From Candidatus Latescibacterota bacterium (lineage in GTDB: Bacteria; Latescibacterota; UBA2968; UBA8231), in the NCBI GenBank assembly GCA_965203355.1, contig OZ241889.1, positions 1,568,001 to 1,632,000 on the forward strand: a stretch of DNA of 64,000 bases, read 5' to 3'. Position 1 is the stretch's first letter. Each line of letters opens with the position of its first letter. The translations under genes were made by a program, and so were the position numbers. The notes below the pieces were generated by a model, which worked only from the letters and a program-made list of their open reading frames with translations, was not told the origin of the DNA and searched no databases. Positions 47,652 to 57,926 of this stretch are shown in pieces.

Positions 47652-50600
47652 TCAGCCACCCAAGCCTTCGGCGGTGATGGTGATGTGTACGATGTCAGTC
47701 ACGGCCGGATAGGTGAACCCATCGTCGACTAAGCGCACCGTGCCGCCTTCGTCCGCGCCAGTGTTGGCCGCGGCCTGACGCGGTGCTTGGTGCTCGCCCA
47801 CGCCCGGCTCCTCATTGACTTCCGTACCGGCATCCCACAGCCTGATATGATCGGTGATGTCGCCACTGATAGGCAGGCCATCGTCGGCGAACAGGGCAAT
47901 GCCAGTGTCGCCGGGTGCCAAGAACAGGTCGTTGGATTGCACGTACATGGTGGCGAAAGACAGCCGGTCGCCGGGACGCGCGACAAAGGTGAACTCATAG
48001 GCGTGGTCTGGCGTCAGCGGTCCGGGGCCGTCGGCTCCTACGGGCGTGTTGAAAACCCCGCTGTTTCCCGGTAGGTGCGCGGCTAGCTCGGCGGGATTGC
48101 CGTCTTCGGCGAGTGCTTCGAGTCCGGCGCCGCGATCAGGATAACCACGGATGAACAGGGGCGTTCCACCGCGTTGGGCAACCCACGCGCCGGGCGCGAG
48201 GAGAGTGCCGAGGTTTTCGATCCGCACGGTGAATTGTGCTGGAGGGCGCGGTTCCTCCAAGCCAGCCGCCTCATCGGAAGATAAGGTCCGCTCGGAAGTG
48301 ACGAGCCCGTCAGAAGTGTCGTCGCTGTCCATGTCTCCGTCGCCGTCCATATCGCCGTCGCCGTCCATGTCGCCGTCGCTGTCCATATCGCCGTCGCCGT
48401 CCATATCGCCGTCGCCGTCCATGTCTCCGTCGCCGTCCATATCGCCGTCGCCGTCCATATCGCCGTCGCCGTCCATATCGCCGTCGCCGTCCATGTCTCC
48501 GTCGCCGTCCATGTCTCCGTCGCCGTCCATATCGCCGTCGCCGTCCATATCGCCGTCGCCGTCCATGTCTCCGTCGCCGTCCATGTCTCCGTCGCCGTCC
48601 ATGTCTCCGTCGCCGTCCATATCGCCATCGCCGTCCATATCGCCGTCGCCGTCCATATCGCCGTCGCCGTCCATATCGCCGTCGCCGTCCATGTCTCCGT
48701 CGCCGTCCATGTCTCCGTCGCCGTCCATGTCGCCGTCCATGTCGCTGTCGCCGCACACACCGCCTATGGAGGTGACGGTGACGCTTACGATGTCGGTCAC
48801 GGCCGGATAGGTGAACCCATCGTTGACTAAGCGCACCGTGCCGCCTTCGTCCGCGCCGGTGTTGGCCGCGGCCTGACGCGGTGCTTGGTGCTCGCCCACG
48901 CCCGGCTCCTCATTGACTTCCGTACCGGCATCCCACAGCCTGATATGATCGGTAACGTCGCAACTGATGGGCTGGCCGTCGGCGGTGAACAGGGCAAGGC
49001 CAGTGTCGCCGGGTGCTAAGAACAGGTCGTTGGATTGCACGTACATGGTGGCGAAAGACAGCCGGTCGCCGGGACGAGCGACAAAGGTGAACTCATAGGC
49101 GTGGTCTGGCGTCAGCGGTCCGGGGCCGTCGGCTCCTACGGGCGTGTTGAAAACCCCGCTGTTTCCCGGTAGGTGCGCGGCTAGCTCGGCGGGATTGCCG
49201 TCTTCGGCGAGTGCTTCGAGTCCGGCGCCGCGATCAGGATAACCACGGATGAACAGGGGCGTTCCACCGCGTTGGGCAACCCACGCGCCGGGCGCGAGGA
49301 GAGTGCCGAGGTTTTCGATCCGCACGGTGAATTCTACTCGAGGGCGCGGTTCCTCCAAGCCAGCCGCCTCATCGGAAGATAAGGTCCGCTCGGAAGTGTC
49401 GAGCCCATCAGAAGTGTCGTCTCCGTCGGTGTCTCCATCGCCGTCGGTGTCTCCATCGCCGTCGGTGTCTCCGTCTCCGTCCATGTCGCCGTCTCCGTCG
49501 GTATCTCCGTCTCCGTCGGTGTCTCCATCGCCGTCGGTGTCTCCATCGCCGTCGGTGTCTCCATCGCCATCCATGCCGGCTGTTTTCGGATAAACGCCCG
49601 ACCCGATGGCTAAATCCCGCCCCAATACACTGAGCGGAGCGGCATAGCTTACCTTCGGCGAACTGCGGTCTTCGTCGCCTTCTACGCTCGGATCATCCCA
49701 TAGGTACTCGACAAAGCCGCCGCCATTGGCCACCTGCGCGAGGAGCTCTTGGGTGATCTTGACCCCATTGAGGTCTTCAAGGTCGATCAGGTTTTGGCCT
49801 TCGAGACTTGGATCTTCTCCGTGAAAAATCATGTTGCCTTGCAAATCGGAGACGAATAAATAAATCGAACCGCTTTTCCACTGGCCTTCCGTGCGGAAGG
49901 TTTCAAAAGCCGCTAAAACCTCTTCGTCCGTGAGTGCTTCCAACATCGCTTTGGCCCGCAAGACAAATGCCGCTAACGTCTCCCGATCGACGGCGGTGGC
50001 GGCTGTTATGGTGCGGTCCATGTCGCTGTCGCTTTTATCTATGAACGCACCGCCTATGGAAGTGACGGTGACGCTTACGATGTCGGTCACGGCCGGATAG
50101 GTGAACTCATCGTCGACTAAGCGCACCGTGCCGCCTTCGTCCGCGCCGGTGTTGGCCGCGGCCTGACGCGGTGCTTGGTGCTCGCCTACGCCCGGCTCCT
50201 CATTGACTTCCGTACCGGCATCCCACAGCCCGATCTGATCGGTAATGTCGCCACTTATCGGCAGGCCATTGTCGGCGAACAGGGCAATGCCAGTGTCGCC
50301 GGGTGCCAAGAACAGGTCGTTGGATTGTACGTACATGGTGGCGAAAGACAGTCGGTCGCCGGGCCGCGCGACAAAGGTGAACTCATAGGCGTGGTCTGGC
50401 GTCAGCGGCCCGGGGCCGTCGGCTCCCACGGGCGTGTTGAAAATCCCGCTGTTGGGATAGAGGTGTGCGGCTAGCTCGGCGGGATTGCCGTCTTCGGCGA
50501 GGGCTTCGAGTCCGGCGCCGCGATCGCGCCGACCATTGATGAACAGAGGCGTTCCACCGCGTTGGGCAACCCACGCGCCGGGCGCGAGGAGGGTGCCGAG

Positions 50601-50771
50601 GTTTTCGATCCGCACGGTGAATTGCGCGGCCACTCGCGGCTCAGGCAGGCCAGAGGCCGCATCGGAAGAGGTCGTCACCTTGCCCGCTGGGCTAGCCGAG
50701 GATAGGGGATCTCGGTCTGCACAGGCGGCGAACAAAACGGCCCCAATGCAGACAGCGTAAAGCAGTTTCAT
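47652..50771 (-). CDS. Lipoprotein with three spondin_N-like domains, one Cache-like domain and acidic DG-repeat linkers
   Basis: Lipobox FAAC. Three copies of GLEALAEDG..LSFATMYVQSNDLF..WDAGTEVNE. One YLFV..H..GQNLIDLEDLNG..GGFVEYLW..KVSY segment. Confidence 0.85.
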   Translation of the reverse strand: MKLLYAVCIGAVLFAACADRDPLSSASPAGKVTTSSDAASGLPEPRVAAQFTVRIENLGTLLAPGAWVAQRGGTPLFINGRRDRGAGLEALAEDGNPAELAAHLYPNSGIFNTPVGADGPGPLTPDHAYEFTFVARPGDRLSFATMYVQSNDLFLAPGDTGIALFADNGLPISGDITDQIGLWDAGTEVNEEPGVGEHQAPRQAAANTGADEGGTVRLVDDEFTYPAVTDIVSVTVTSIGGAFIDKSDSDMDRTITAATAVDRETLAAFVLRAKAMLEALTDEEVLAAFETFRTEGQWKSGSIYLFVSDLQGNMIFHGEDPSLEGQNLIDLEDLNGVKITQELLAQVANGGGFVEYLWDDPSVEGDEDRSSPKVSYAAPLSVLGRDLAIGSGVYPKTAGMDGDGDTDGDGDTDGDGDTDGDGDTDGDGDMDGDGDTDGDGDTDGDGDTDGDDTSDGLDTSERTLSSDEAAGLEEPRPRVEFTVRIENLGTLLAPGAWVAQRGGTPLFIRGYPDRGAGLEALAEDGNPAELAAHLPGNSGVFNTPVGADGPGPLTPDHAYEFTFVARPGDRLSFATMYVQSNDLFLAPGDTGLALFTADGQPISCDVTDHIRLWDAGTEVNEEPGVGEHQAPRQAAANTGADEGGTVRLVNDGFTYPAVTDIVSVTVTSIGGVCGDSDMDGDMDGDGDMDGDGDMDGDGDMDGDGDMDGDGDMDGDGDMDGDGDMDGDGDMDGDGDMDGDGDMDGDGDMDGDGDMDGDGDMDGDGDMDGDGDMDGDGDMDGDGDMDGDGDMDGDGDMDSDGDMDGDGDMDGDGDMDSDDTSDGLVTSERTLSSDEAAGLEEPRPPAQFTVRIENLGTLLAPGAWVAQRGGTPLFIRGYPDRGAGLEALAEDGNPAELAAHLPGNSGVFNTPVGADGPGPLTPDHAYEFTFVARPGDRLSFATMYVQSNDLFLAPGDTGIALFADDGLPISGDITDHIRLWDAGTEVNEEPGVGEHQAPRQAAANTGADEGGTVRLVDDGFTYPAVTDIVHITITAEGLGG
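48330..48728 (-). repeat. Coding tandem repeat, 22 x 18 bp, (DGDGDM)n
   Basis: Unit ccgtcgccgtccat(g/a)tc(t/g); ATG codons recur every 18 bp from 48330 to 48726. Confidence 0.95.
49415..49572 (-). repeat. Coding tandem repeat, ~8 x 18 bp, (DGDGDT)n
   Basis: Unit ccgtcggtgtctccatcg with variants. Confidence 0.9.
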
Positions 50772-50844
50772 GGAAAATTCTCCTGAAAAGGGTTTGTGGA
50801 ACTCTACCTACTTAGAATTTAATAAAGTTTCAAAGATCGTCGCA

Positions 50845-51981
50845 CTAAACCTGCGTCCACGCGCCCTGGTTGTTGGACGATTGTACGGCGGCGGCGACGA
50901 ATTTCATACCGGCTACCCCCTCCTGTACGCTCGGATGCGGAAAGGCCGCGGGCACGTCCTGCTCGCCACGACGTGCGCGGATGCGCCGCTCCATGGTGGT
51001 GTGGAGGTTGGCGAGGGCCGGAAAGAAATCCTCGTGGTGTCCAGAGGGCACCCGCAAGTACGAGGCGACCGACGCGGGCAAATCGAATTCAGCGCCAATC
51101 CAGTAGGTAATGTCGCGGCCATCACCGTGGCGCACCAACAGGCATTCGGCGCGCTCTTGATGCCATTCGATAGAGCCGGTGGTGCCGAAAACGCGGAAGC
51201 CGTTGTCGTTGCGGTAGCCAACCGCGATCTGCGTGGCTGTGATCAGCGCGGTGCCGCCGTTTTCCAGCTCGCCGATCACGTTGAAGTCGTCGTCGAGTAC
51301 GCGGCCTTCGACAAAGGTGTTGAGCCGCGCCGAGACCCGCTCGATGGCCAGTCCGGTCACCCAAGTCGCGGCGATAAAGGCGTGGGTGCCAATGTCGCCG
51401 CCGCAGTTGGAAATGCCCGTGCGCGCTGGATCGGTGCGCCAAGACGCCTGCTGTTGGCCGGTCTGTTCGAGGGCTTTGGCCAGCCAGCCCTGATTGTACC
51501 AAGAAACGACCTTGCGGACTGGGCCGATTTCGCCGCTTTGAATCATTTCCTTGGCCAGCATCATCATGGGATGGCCCGTATAAGTATGGGCCAGCACAAA
51601 GGGCACCTGCTCGCGCTCGACGATTTGTGCCAAATCCTCGGCTTGGGCAACCGTCGTGGTGATGGGTTTTTCGCAGAGCACTGGGATGCCGGCCTGCAAA
51701 AAGGCTTTGGCTGGCTCGTAGTGAGCGAAGTTAGGGGTGACGATGGTGATGTAATCGAGGGCTTGCTCGCCGCTTTGCACCGACTCTAATAGCGCCTGAT
51801 AGGTGGGATAACCCGCGATGCCGTAGTCGTCGGCCGCGCGCAGGGCCGCCGCTGGGTTGGAGCGCAGCGCACCCGCGACTAATTCGCGGCTGGCATCGAG
51901 CGCGATGGCGCGGTTGTGGACCATGCCGAAAAAGGAATCAGGGCCGCCGCCGCCGATCATGCCTACTTTGAGTTTGTTCAT
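50845..51981 (-). CDS. Gfo/Idh/MocA oxidoreductase
   Basis: Motifs GMIGGG..FFGMVH, IVTPNFAH, CEKP, YNQGWL, GDIGTHA, PSGHHE. Confidence 0.9.
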   Translation of the reverse strand: MNKLKVGMIGGGGPDSFFGMVHNRAIALDASRELVAGALRSNPAAALRAADDYGIAGYPTYQALLESVQSGEQALDYITIVTPNFAHYEPAKAFLQAGIPVLCEKPITTTVAQAEDLAQIVEREQVPFVLAHTYTGHPMMMLAKEMIQSGEIGPVRKVVSWYNQGWLAKALEQTGQQQASWRTDPARTGISNCGGDIGTHAFIAATWVTGLAIERVSARLNTFVEGRVLDDDFNVIGELENGGTALITATQIAVGYRNDNGFRVFGTTGSIEWHQERAECLLVRHGDGRDITYWIGAEFDLPASVASYLRVPSGHHEDFFPALANLHTTMERRIRARRGEQDVPAAFPHPSVQEGVAGMKFVAAAVQSSNNQGAWTQV

Positions 51982-52130
51982 GGAATTTTTTGCCCAGAAT
52001 GTATGATTGAAATACCCGCTTTTAACTTACGCACGAGGGCCTAAAACTGTCAAACGATTCGGTGCTAAAAATACATACCTGTCGCCGCTAGGTTGCCCCG
52101 GTCGTCTTGGCCGAACTAATACTGGCACTG

Positions 52131-52265
52131 TTAAAATTCTCGTCGGACTGCTTCAATGGGCCGTCGAGCGGTTCCTCGATCGGGCGTTTTCCGCGGGCGA
52201 GACTCCAGTACTACTAGGCTTTTGGGGGATCAAAAAAACAATAAGAATAATTTTAAAAACGCTTC
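52131..52265. mobile_element. Second, inverted MITE copy with one terminus divergent
   Basis: Reverse-complement match to 47325-47460. Right end AAAAACGCTTC followed by TAA; the left TIR tip is replaced. Confidence 0.8.
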
Positions 52266-52993
52266 TAAGGCATACCGCGTCGCAACTGTTCGGCATTCAA
52301 GCCGCGGTTGAAAGCGTAGTTTTTGTAGGACAAAGTCAGCCGGACATCGCGCTGACGTATTTCCACTCGGTGCGGCAGATAGAGCGCTTGCTCGCGCCGG
52401 TATTCTTTGAGTTCGCGGAGCAGGACTTCGCCTTCGGGTAGGAGGATGCTCTCGCGCAACACCAAGCCGCGGCGCATATCCAGCCACGCCTGACGCCCGC
52501 CCGCGAGTGCGACCTTCGCCTGGTCGGCCTGCGGATACTCGACCGGCTCGACGATGGAACCGGGTTCGACGAAGCCCAGCAAGGCGTAGCGCAGGTCGCA
52601 GGAGCCCCAATCTAGCCCGGTCAGCGCGGTTAGCAGTCGGCCATGCAGGGGACCTTTTAAGGGCTGGTCCATGCCCCGGCCGTACACAGTCAGGCTGTCG
52701 CCTTCGAGGAGAGCGGTAAAGATGTGCGTAAAGAAAGGGCCGCGCACCTCGACGCGGAATAGATCTGGATTGACGAGCTGCAAGAGGGCTGTGCCCCGAG
52801 CGCGGACCTCGCCGCGTCGCAGCTCTAGGGCCGCTTCCGCCGTCAAATCCGCGAACTGTTCCAGGGTTGCCGAGGCCGCGAGCAGGGCCGCCGGTCCTTG
52901 GGTCGCATCCCAGCCTTCCCGGACCACCAGCGGCGGTGCGCAGGCTAGCGCAAGGCCGCAGAGCGCGAACCACTTTGCCCCGACGTGTATCAT
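52265..52993 (-). CDS. Lipoprotein, LolA/LolB-fold-like (DUF4292-like)
   Basis: Lipobox ALAC; PDLFRVEVRGPF..; YLPHRVEI; coupled to the TPR gene. Its stop overlaps the MITE end. Confidence 0.65.
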   Translation of the reverse strand: MIHVGAKWFALCGLALACAPPLVVREGWDATQGPAALLAASATLEQFADLTAEAALELRRGEVRARGTALLQLVNPDLFRVEVRGPFFTHIFTALLEGDSLTVYGRGMDQPLKGPLHGRLLTALTGLDWGSCDLRYALLGFVEPGSIVEPVEYPQADQAKVALAGGRQAWLDMRRGLVLRESILLPEGEVLLRELKEYRREQALYLPHRVEIRQRDVRLTLSYKNYAFNRGLNAEQLRRGMP

Positions 52994-54873
52994 GGCCGTA
53001 GCTTGCGCCGGACCTCTTCGTTGTCCGGCTCGAGTTCCAGCACCTTTTGCCAATGGGTGTGCGCCTCGTCCATTTTGCCGAGGGCGCTGGCAATGTCGCC
53101 GGCGTGGTCGAAGATCACGGCCTGCTCTTCGGGATCGCCCTCGTCCATATGTTCTAAGGCTTGTTGCAGGTAGTGTTCGGCTTGCGCTAACTCGCCGAGG
53201 CGGAAATAGGCCCAGCCGATGCTGTCGAGAAACGCGCTGTTGTCGGGTTGGAGGGCGAGCGCCTTTTCCAAGAGTGCAACCGCTTCTGTCAGCCGCACAC
53301 CTTTGTCCGCGTACATGTAGCCGAGATAGTTGAGCGCGTACGCATCGTTTGGCTCGACCTCCAACAGGCTTTGAAAGGTCTCTACGGCGCGGTCAAAGTA
53401 CTCGGCGCGGCCCAGCTTGCGCGAAGCCTGTTCGTAGCAGGCTCCGAGGTAAAAGAGTGCGCGGCTTTTGTCGTTGGCGAGGGCAACGGCCTGATTCAGC
53501 TTTTCAAGGGCTGCTTCCCAGTGCTCCAGTTCCTCTAGCGCGATGCCCCAGTGCAGAAAGGTTGGGCTGTACTCGGAATCGAGCGCGGCCGCTGTTTCGT
53601 ATTGGGCCAGCGCGTTTTCCCACTGTCCCTGCCGCCCGAGGCTGATGCCCCACCGCACGTGTAGTGCAGCGTGGCCTGGAGAAGCGGCAAGGGCTTGGCT
53701 GTAGACGGCTATTGCTTCGGCCCAAGCGTCTTGTTGCTCTAGTGCCAGCCCCCAGTACAGGTACAGATCGACCGCGTCGGGCAGATGCTCAAGGCCGCGC
53801 TGGTACACGGCGATGGCCTCGTCGTAGCGCTCGATGCTTTCGAGGGCCGTCCCCCAGTACAGGTAGATCGCGCTGCTGTCGGGCATGACCTCGGCCGCTT
53901 GGCTGAGGACCGCCGTGGCCGAGTCGTAGTCCTCCAGGTAGATGTAGTAGCGCGCTAGATCGGTCCACTGCCCGACCGTTTGGGGCTGCATCTCGACGAT
54001 GCGCTTAAAGACCAACGTGGCTTGGTCGTACTGACCGGCCTCGGACAAGGCTACGCCCAAGTGGTAGAGCACCTCGGCCCCTTCTTCGGCGAGGATGTCC
54101 TTTAGGTCGTGCTCGGTGACCATCAGGCGCGCTAAGTAGTAGGGGATGCTGCTGTCGGGTAGGTGGCCGGCGGCTTCGCGGTAGATGGCAATGGCCTCGT
54201 GGCGATGTCCCTGGGCCAGCTTGATCTCGGCCAAACCCAGCCAAGCGTCCTCGACCATAGGGTCGGCCGCGAGGACTCGGCGATAGATGCGCTCGGCTTC
54301 TTTTTGCTGGTCAATGCGCGCAAAAATGCTGGCGATATCCACCTTGACCTCCGGTGGTACGCGCTCTTGGACGAGCACCTTCTTGAGGAGCGGAGCAACG
54401 CGCTCGGTTTGGCCCGTTTCAAAGTAGAGATAGGCCAAGTGGCGGTAGAGCGGCCAGTTGTCTGGCTCGTAGCGCAGTAACTCTTCAATGTGAGCGATGG
54501 CCCCTTCGCGGTCGCCATCGCTCTCCAAGATGCGAATCAGCAACCGGCGCAACCGCACTTGGCTACCGTCCAATGCCAAGCCCTTGAGGGCAAAATGGAC
54601 GGCCATGTGGGGGTCGTCAATGCGCTGGTAATTGTAAGCGAGGCGGGCGTAGATGGTGGGCGAGGTCGGGTCGAGGTCGGCCGCGTTGCGCAGGGCGACT
54701 ATGGCGCCGAGATAGTTGTGTTGCGCTTCAAAGACCTTGGCCTTGACGAAGTACTGCATGGCTTGGTCGGCGGCCGTCGGCTCGGCCGAAGTAGGCGCAT
54801 TAGGCCCCCGCAGGGCCGCGCAGCCGCCCACGGACAGCGCTAGGACGCAGACTAGGGGGAGGGCATTTTTCAT
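52990..54873 (-). CDS. TPR-repeat lipoprotein
   Basis: Lipobox VGGC; many TPRs; ALNYLGYMYAD, FLDSIGWAYFRLG, DHAGD. Confidence 0.9.
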   Translation of the reverse strand: MKNALPLVCVLALSVGGCAALRGPNAPTSAEPTAADQAMQYFVKAKVFEAQHNYLGAIVALRNAADLDPTSPTIYARLAYNYQRIDDPHMAVHFALKGLALDGSQVRLRRLLIRILESDGDREGAIAHIEELLRYEPDNWPLYRHLAYLYFETGQTERVAPLLKKVLVQERVPPEVKVDIASIFARIDQQKEAERIYRRVLAADPMVEDAWLGLAEIKLAQGHRHEAIAIYREAAGHLPDSSIPYYLARLMVTEHDLKDILAEEGAEVLYHLGVALSEAGQYDQATLVFKRIVEMQPQTVGQWTDLARYYIYLEDYDSATAVLSQAAEVMPDSSAIYLYWGTALESIERYDEAIAVYQRGLEHLPDAVDLYLYWGLALEQQDAWAEAIAVYSQALAASPGHAALHVRWGISLGRQGQWENALAQYETAAALDSEYSPTFLHWGIALEELEHWEAALEKLNQAVALANDKSRALFYLGACYEQASRKLGRAEYFDRAVETFQSLLEVEPNDAYALNYLGYMYADKGVRLTEAVALLEKALALQPDNSAFLDSIGWAYFRLGELAQAEHYLQQALEHMDEGDPEEQAVIFDHAGDIASALGKMDEAHTHWQKVLELEPDNEEVRRKLRP

Positions 54874-54887
54874 CTTTCAACGCCCCA

Positions 54888-55736
54888 TCAGGTAATTTTC
54901 GGATCCAAGGCGTCTCTCAGCCCGTCGCCAAAGAGGTTGATTGCTAAGACGACTGCGAAGATGGCCAGGCCGGGAAAGGCCATGACCCAAGGTGCTTGCA
55001 AGAGCAATTCGCGTCCACCGGACAGCATAGCTCCCCACTCAGGGGTCGGCGGCTGGGCGCCCAAGCCCAAAAAGCTCAACCCGGCCGCGTCGAGGATGGC
55101 CGTGCCCAAGCTGAGCGTGGCTTGCACGATGAGCGGGACCGTGCAGTTGGGCAAGATGCTGTAGAACAGCAGCCGCGACTCGCGTGCCCCCAACGCGCGT
55201 GCGGCTTCGACGTAGGTGGCCTCGCGCACGGTCAGCACGGACGAGCGCATAAGGCGGGCAAATTGCGGTACTAACACGATGCTGACGGCGAGAATGGCAT
55301 GGTCGATGCTCGGCCCGAGGACCGCGACGATGGCAATGGCCAAGAGGATGCTGGGAAACGCCAGCATCAGGTCCATCAGCCGCATGATGAGCATGTCGGC
55401 GATCCCGCCGCGATACCCGGCCACGAGGCCGAGCAAGGTGCCAGCGGAAGCGGCCAGCGCGATGGCGACTAGCCCGATTCGCAACGAGATGCGTGCGCCG
55501 TACACGATGCGGCTGAAGATGTCGCGGCCAAAGTCGTCCGTGCCCAGCCAGTGGCTAGCCGACGGGGGCTGCAAGCGCGCGTAGAGGTCTTGCGCCAGCG
55601 GATCGTACGGGGCCAATAGCGGGGCTAGCAGCGCGACTACAACCGCGCCGACCAAGACGCCGCCGCCGACCAGCGCAAGCCGCTGTTTGCCGAGCCGCCG
55701 CAGTTCGCTGGTGACGGGTGAAAGTATCTCGAGCAT
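54888..55736 (-). CDS. dppC: Peptide ABC transporter permease (DppC-like)
   Basis: Motifs HWLGTDDFGRDIFSR, YVEAARALGA, LSFLGLGAQPPTPEWG, GDGLRDALDP. Confidence 0.9.
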   Translation of the reverse strand: MLEILSPVTSELRRLGKQRLALVGGGVLVGAVVVALLAPLLAPYDPLAQDLYARLQPPSASHWLGTDDFGRDIFSRIVYGARISLRIGLVAIALAASAGTLLGLVAGYRGGIADMLIMRLMDLMLAFPSILLAIAIVAVLGPSIDHAILAVSIVLVPQFARLMRSSVLTVREATYVEAARALGARESRLLFYSILPNCTVPLIVQATLSLGTAILDAAGLSFLGLGAQPPTPEWGAMLSGGRELLLQAPWVMAFPGLAIFAVVLAINLFGDGLRDALDPKIT

Positions 55737-55742
55737 GGCAAG

Positions 55743-57926
55743 TTAACTAGGCTCTAGCACTAATACGCCCAGCGGCGGCAGGTGCAACCGCGCCGAATGC
55801 GGCTGGCCGTGGCAGGCGGCTTGTTCGGTATGCACCCAGCCACCGTGCCCCACGCCGCTGCCGCCGTAGATTTCAGCGTCGCTGTTGAGCACCTCGCGAT
55901 ACGGCCCGGCGACCGGCAACCCGAGCCGGTAGTTTGCGCGGGGGACCGGGGTGAAATTGCACGCGAAGATCAGGGGTTTTTCGCCTTTGGCGCGGCGCGT
56001 AAAAGCCGCGACGCTCTGCGCGGCGTCCGAGCAGTCGATCCATTCAAAACCATCGGGATACGCATCGGTGCGGTGCAAGGCGGCGCAGCGGCGATAGAGT
56101 TGGTTGAGGTCGCAGAGCCAGCGATAGACGCCGCGATGGCGCTCGTCGTCGAGTAAGTGCCAGTGTAGTTCGCTTTGGTGATCCCATTCTGCCCACTGGG
56201 CCAGTTCGGCCCCCATAAACAGCAGTTTTTTGCCTGGGTGCCCGTACATAAAACCGTAGAGCAAGCGCAAGTTGGCCCGTTGCTGCCAAGCGTCGCCGGG
56301 CATTTTGCTTAGGAGCGAGCGCTTGCCGTGTACCACCTCGTCGTGCGACAGCGGCAACACGAAGTTTTCGCAATAGGCGTAGAGCATGCCAAAGGTCAGG
56401 TCGGATTGGTGGTGGCGGCGGTGGATCGGGTCGCGCTGCATGTAGCGCAACACATCGTTCATCCAGCCCATGTTCCACTTGAAGCCAAAGCCGAGGCCGC
56501 CGCTGTGAACGGGTCGGGAGACCTGCGGCCAAGCCGTTGACTCCTCGGCGATCATCAAGGCCCCGGGGCAATGCTCGCCGATGGCTGTGTTGAGCTGGCG
56601 GAGGAAGGCGATGGCTTCGAGGTTTTCGCGCCCACCATAGGCGTTGGGCACCCATTCCCCTTCCAAGCGCGAGTAGTCGAGGTAGAGCATGGAGGCCACG
56701 GCATCGACCCGCAGGCCGTCGAGGTGAAAGCGTTCGAGCCAAAACAGGGCGTTGGAAATGAGAAAGGAGCGGACTTCGGCGCGGCCATAGTTGAATATGC
56801 AGGTCTGCCAATCGGGATGTCGCCCTTGGCGCGGGTCGCGGTGTTCGTAGAGGTTGGTGCCGTCGAAGTGGGCCAAGCCGTGGGCGTCGCTGGGAAAGTG
56901 CGCGGGCACCCAATCGAGAATCACGCCGATTTCGTGGCGATGGCAGCAGTCGATGAAATAAGCGAAATCTTCGGGGCGGCCAAAGCGCGCACTCGGAGCG
57001 AAATACCCGGTTCCTTGATAGCCCCACGAGCCGTCGAAGGGATGCTCGGCCACCGGCATCAGTTCGATGTGGGTAAAGCCCAGTGCGGCCACGTGGGCGA
57101 CCAACTGGTGAGCCAGCGTGCGATAGTCGAGATAGGCACTGCCGTTGCGACGCCAAGAGCCGAGATGCACTTCGTAGATGGCGACGGGTGCTTCCGCCCA
57201 GTTGCGCTCTGGTCGCACGGCCATCCATGCGTCGTCGTGCCAGGCAAACGCATTGCTTTGGCCGACGGCGGAAGCGGTGCGCGGCGGTTGCTCGGTGGCA
57301 AAGGCAACGGGATCGCTTTTGAGCAGCACGGTGCCAGCGCGACTGAGGATTTCGTACTTGTAGAGTGCGCCCGCGCCCACCGCCGGGACGAACAGTTCCC
57401 AGACCCCGGACGCGCCTAGCGAGCGCATGCAGTGCCGCCGACCGTCCCAGCCGTTGAAATCGCCGACCACGCTGACCCGGCGGGCACTCGGTGCCCACAC
57501 CGCGAAGTACGTGCCCTCGGCTCCGTCGATGCAGCGCGGATGCGCCCCCAGCACTTCATAGACGCGGTAGTGCGTTCCTTCGTTGAAGAGGTGTTGGTCG
57601 TGGGGCGCGAGTTGCGGCCAGAACGAGTACGGATCGCGGCAGCAGCGCACCGCGCCCTGCGCGTCGGTTATCTTTAAATGGTACGCGAAGGGCGTACTGC
57701 GGCCGACAATCCGCGCCTCGAACAGCCCTTCGGCGTGAGTCTTGGTCGCTGGAAAACTCGCGCCTAGTCCCCCTCGCTCCACGACCTGTACGCTCGCGGC
57801 CTCGGGCAAGAACGTGCGCACGACCCATCCGTCGTCTAACGGGTGCATACCCAAAGCCGAGAACACATCGGCGCATTCGCCGCGGACAAGAGGCTCTATG
57901 ATTTGCGGCGCAAGGGTTGTCTGCAT
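55743..57926 (-). CDS. glgB: 1,4-alpha-glucan branching enzyme
   Basis: Motifs [53 protein letters not shown]. Confidence 0.96.
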   Translation of the reverse strand: MQTTLAPQIIEPLVRGECADVFSALGMHPLDDGWVVRTFLPEAASVQVVERGGLGASFPATKTHAEGLFEARIVGRSTPFAYHLKITDAQGAVRCCRDPYSFWPQLAPHDQHLFNEGTHYRVYEVLGAHPRCIDGAEGTYFAVWAPSARRVSVVGDFNGWDGRRHCMRSLGASGVWELFVPAVGAGALYKYEILSRAGTVLLKSDPVAFATEQPPRTASAVGQSNAFAWHDDAWMAVRPERNWAEAPVAIYEVHLGSWRRNGSAYLDYRTLAHQLVAHVAALGFTHIELMPVAEHPFDGSWGYQGTGYFAPSARFGRPEDFAYFIDCCHRHEIGVILDWVPAHFPSDAHGLAHFDGTNLYEHRDPRQGRHPDWQTCIFNYGRAEVRSFLISNALFWLERFHLDGLRVDAVASMLYLDYSRLEGEWVPNAYGGRENLEAIAFLRQLNTAIGEHCPGALMIAEESTAWPQVSRPVHSGGLGFGFKWNMGWMNDVLRYMQRDPIHRRHHQSDLTFGMLYAYCENFVLPLSHDEVVHGKRSLLSKMPGDAWQQRANLRLLYGFMYGHPGKKLLFMGAELAQWAEWDHQSELHWHLLDDERHRGVYRWLCDLNQLYRRCAALHRTDAYPDGFEWIDCSDAAQSVAAFTRRAKGEKPLIFACNFTPVPRANYRLGLPVAGPYREVLNSDAEIYGGSGVGHGGWVHTEQAACHGQPHSARLHLPPLGVLVLEPS

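Noticed and set aside
48330-48728. Tandem array as a CRISPR
   Set aside because: The 18-bp units are contiguous with no spacers and lie in frame within a protein.
56044-57498. Long alternative-frame ORFs (484 aa here; also 877-2007, 11972-12940, 50770-51789)
   Set aside because: They overlap well-supported genes, have Arg/Pro/Ala-rich or antisense-shadow composition typical of high-GC DNA, and show no motifs.
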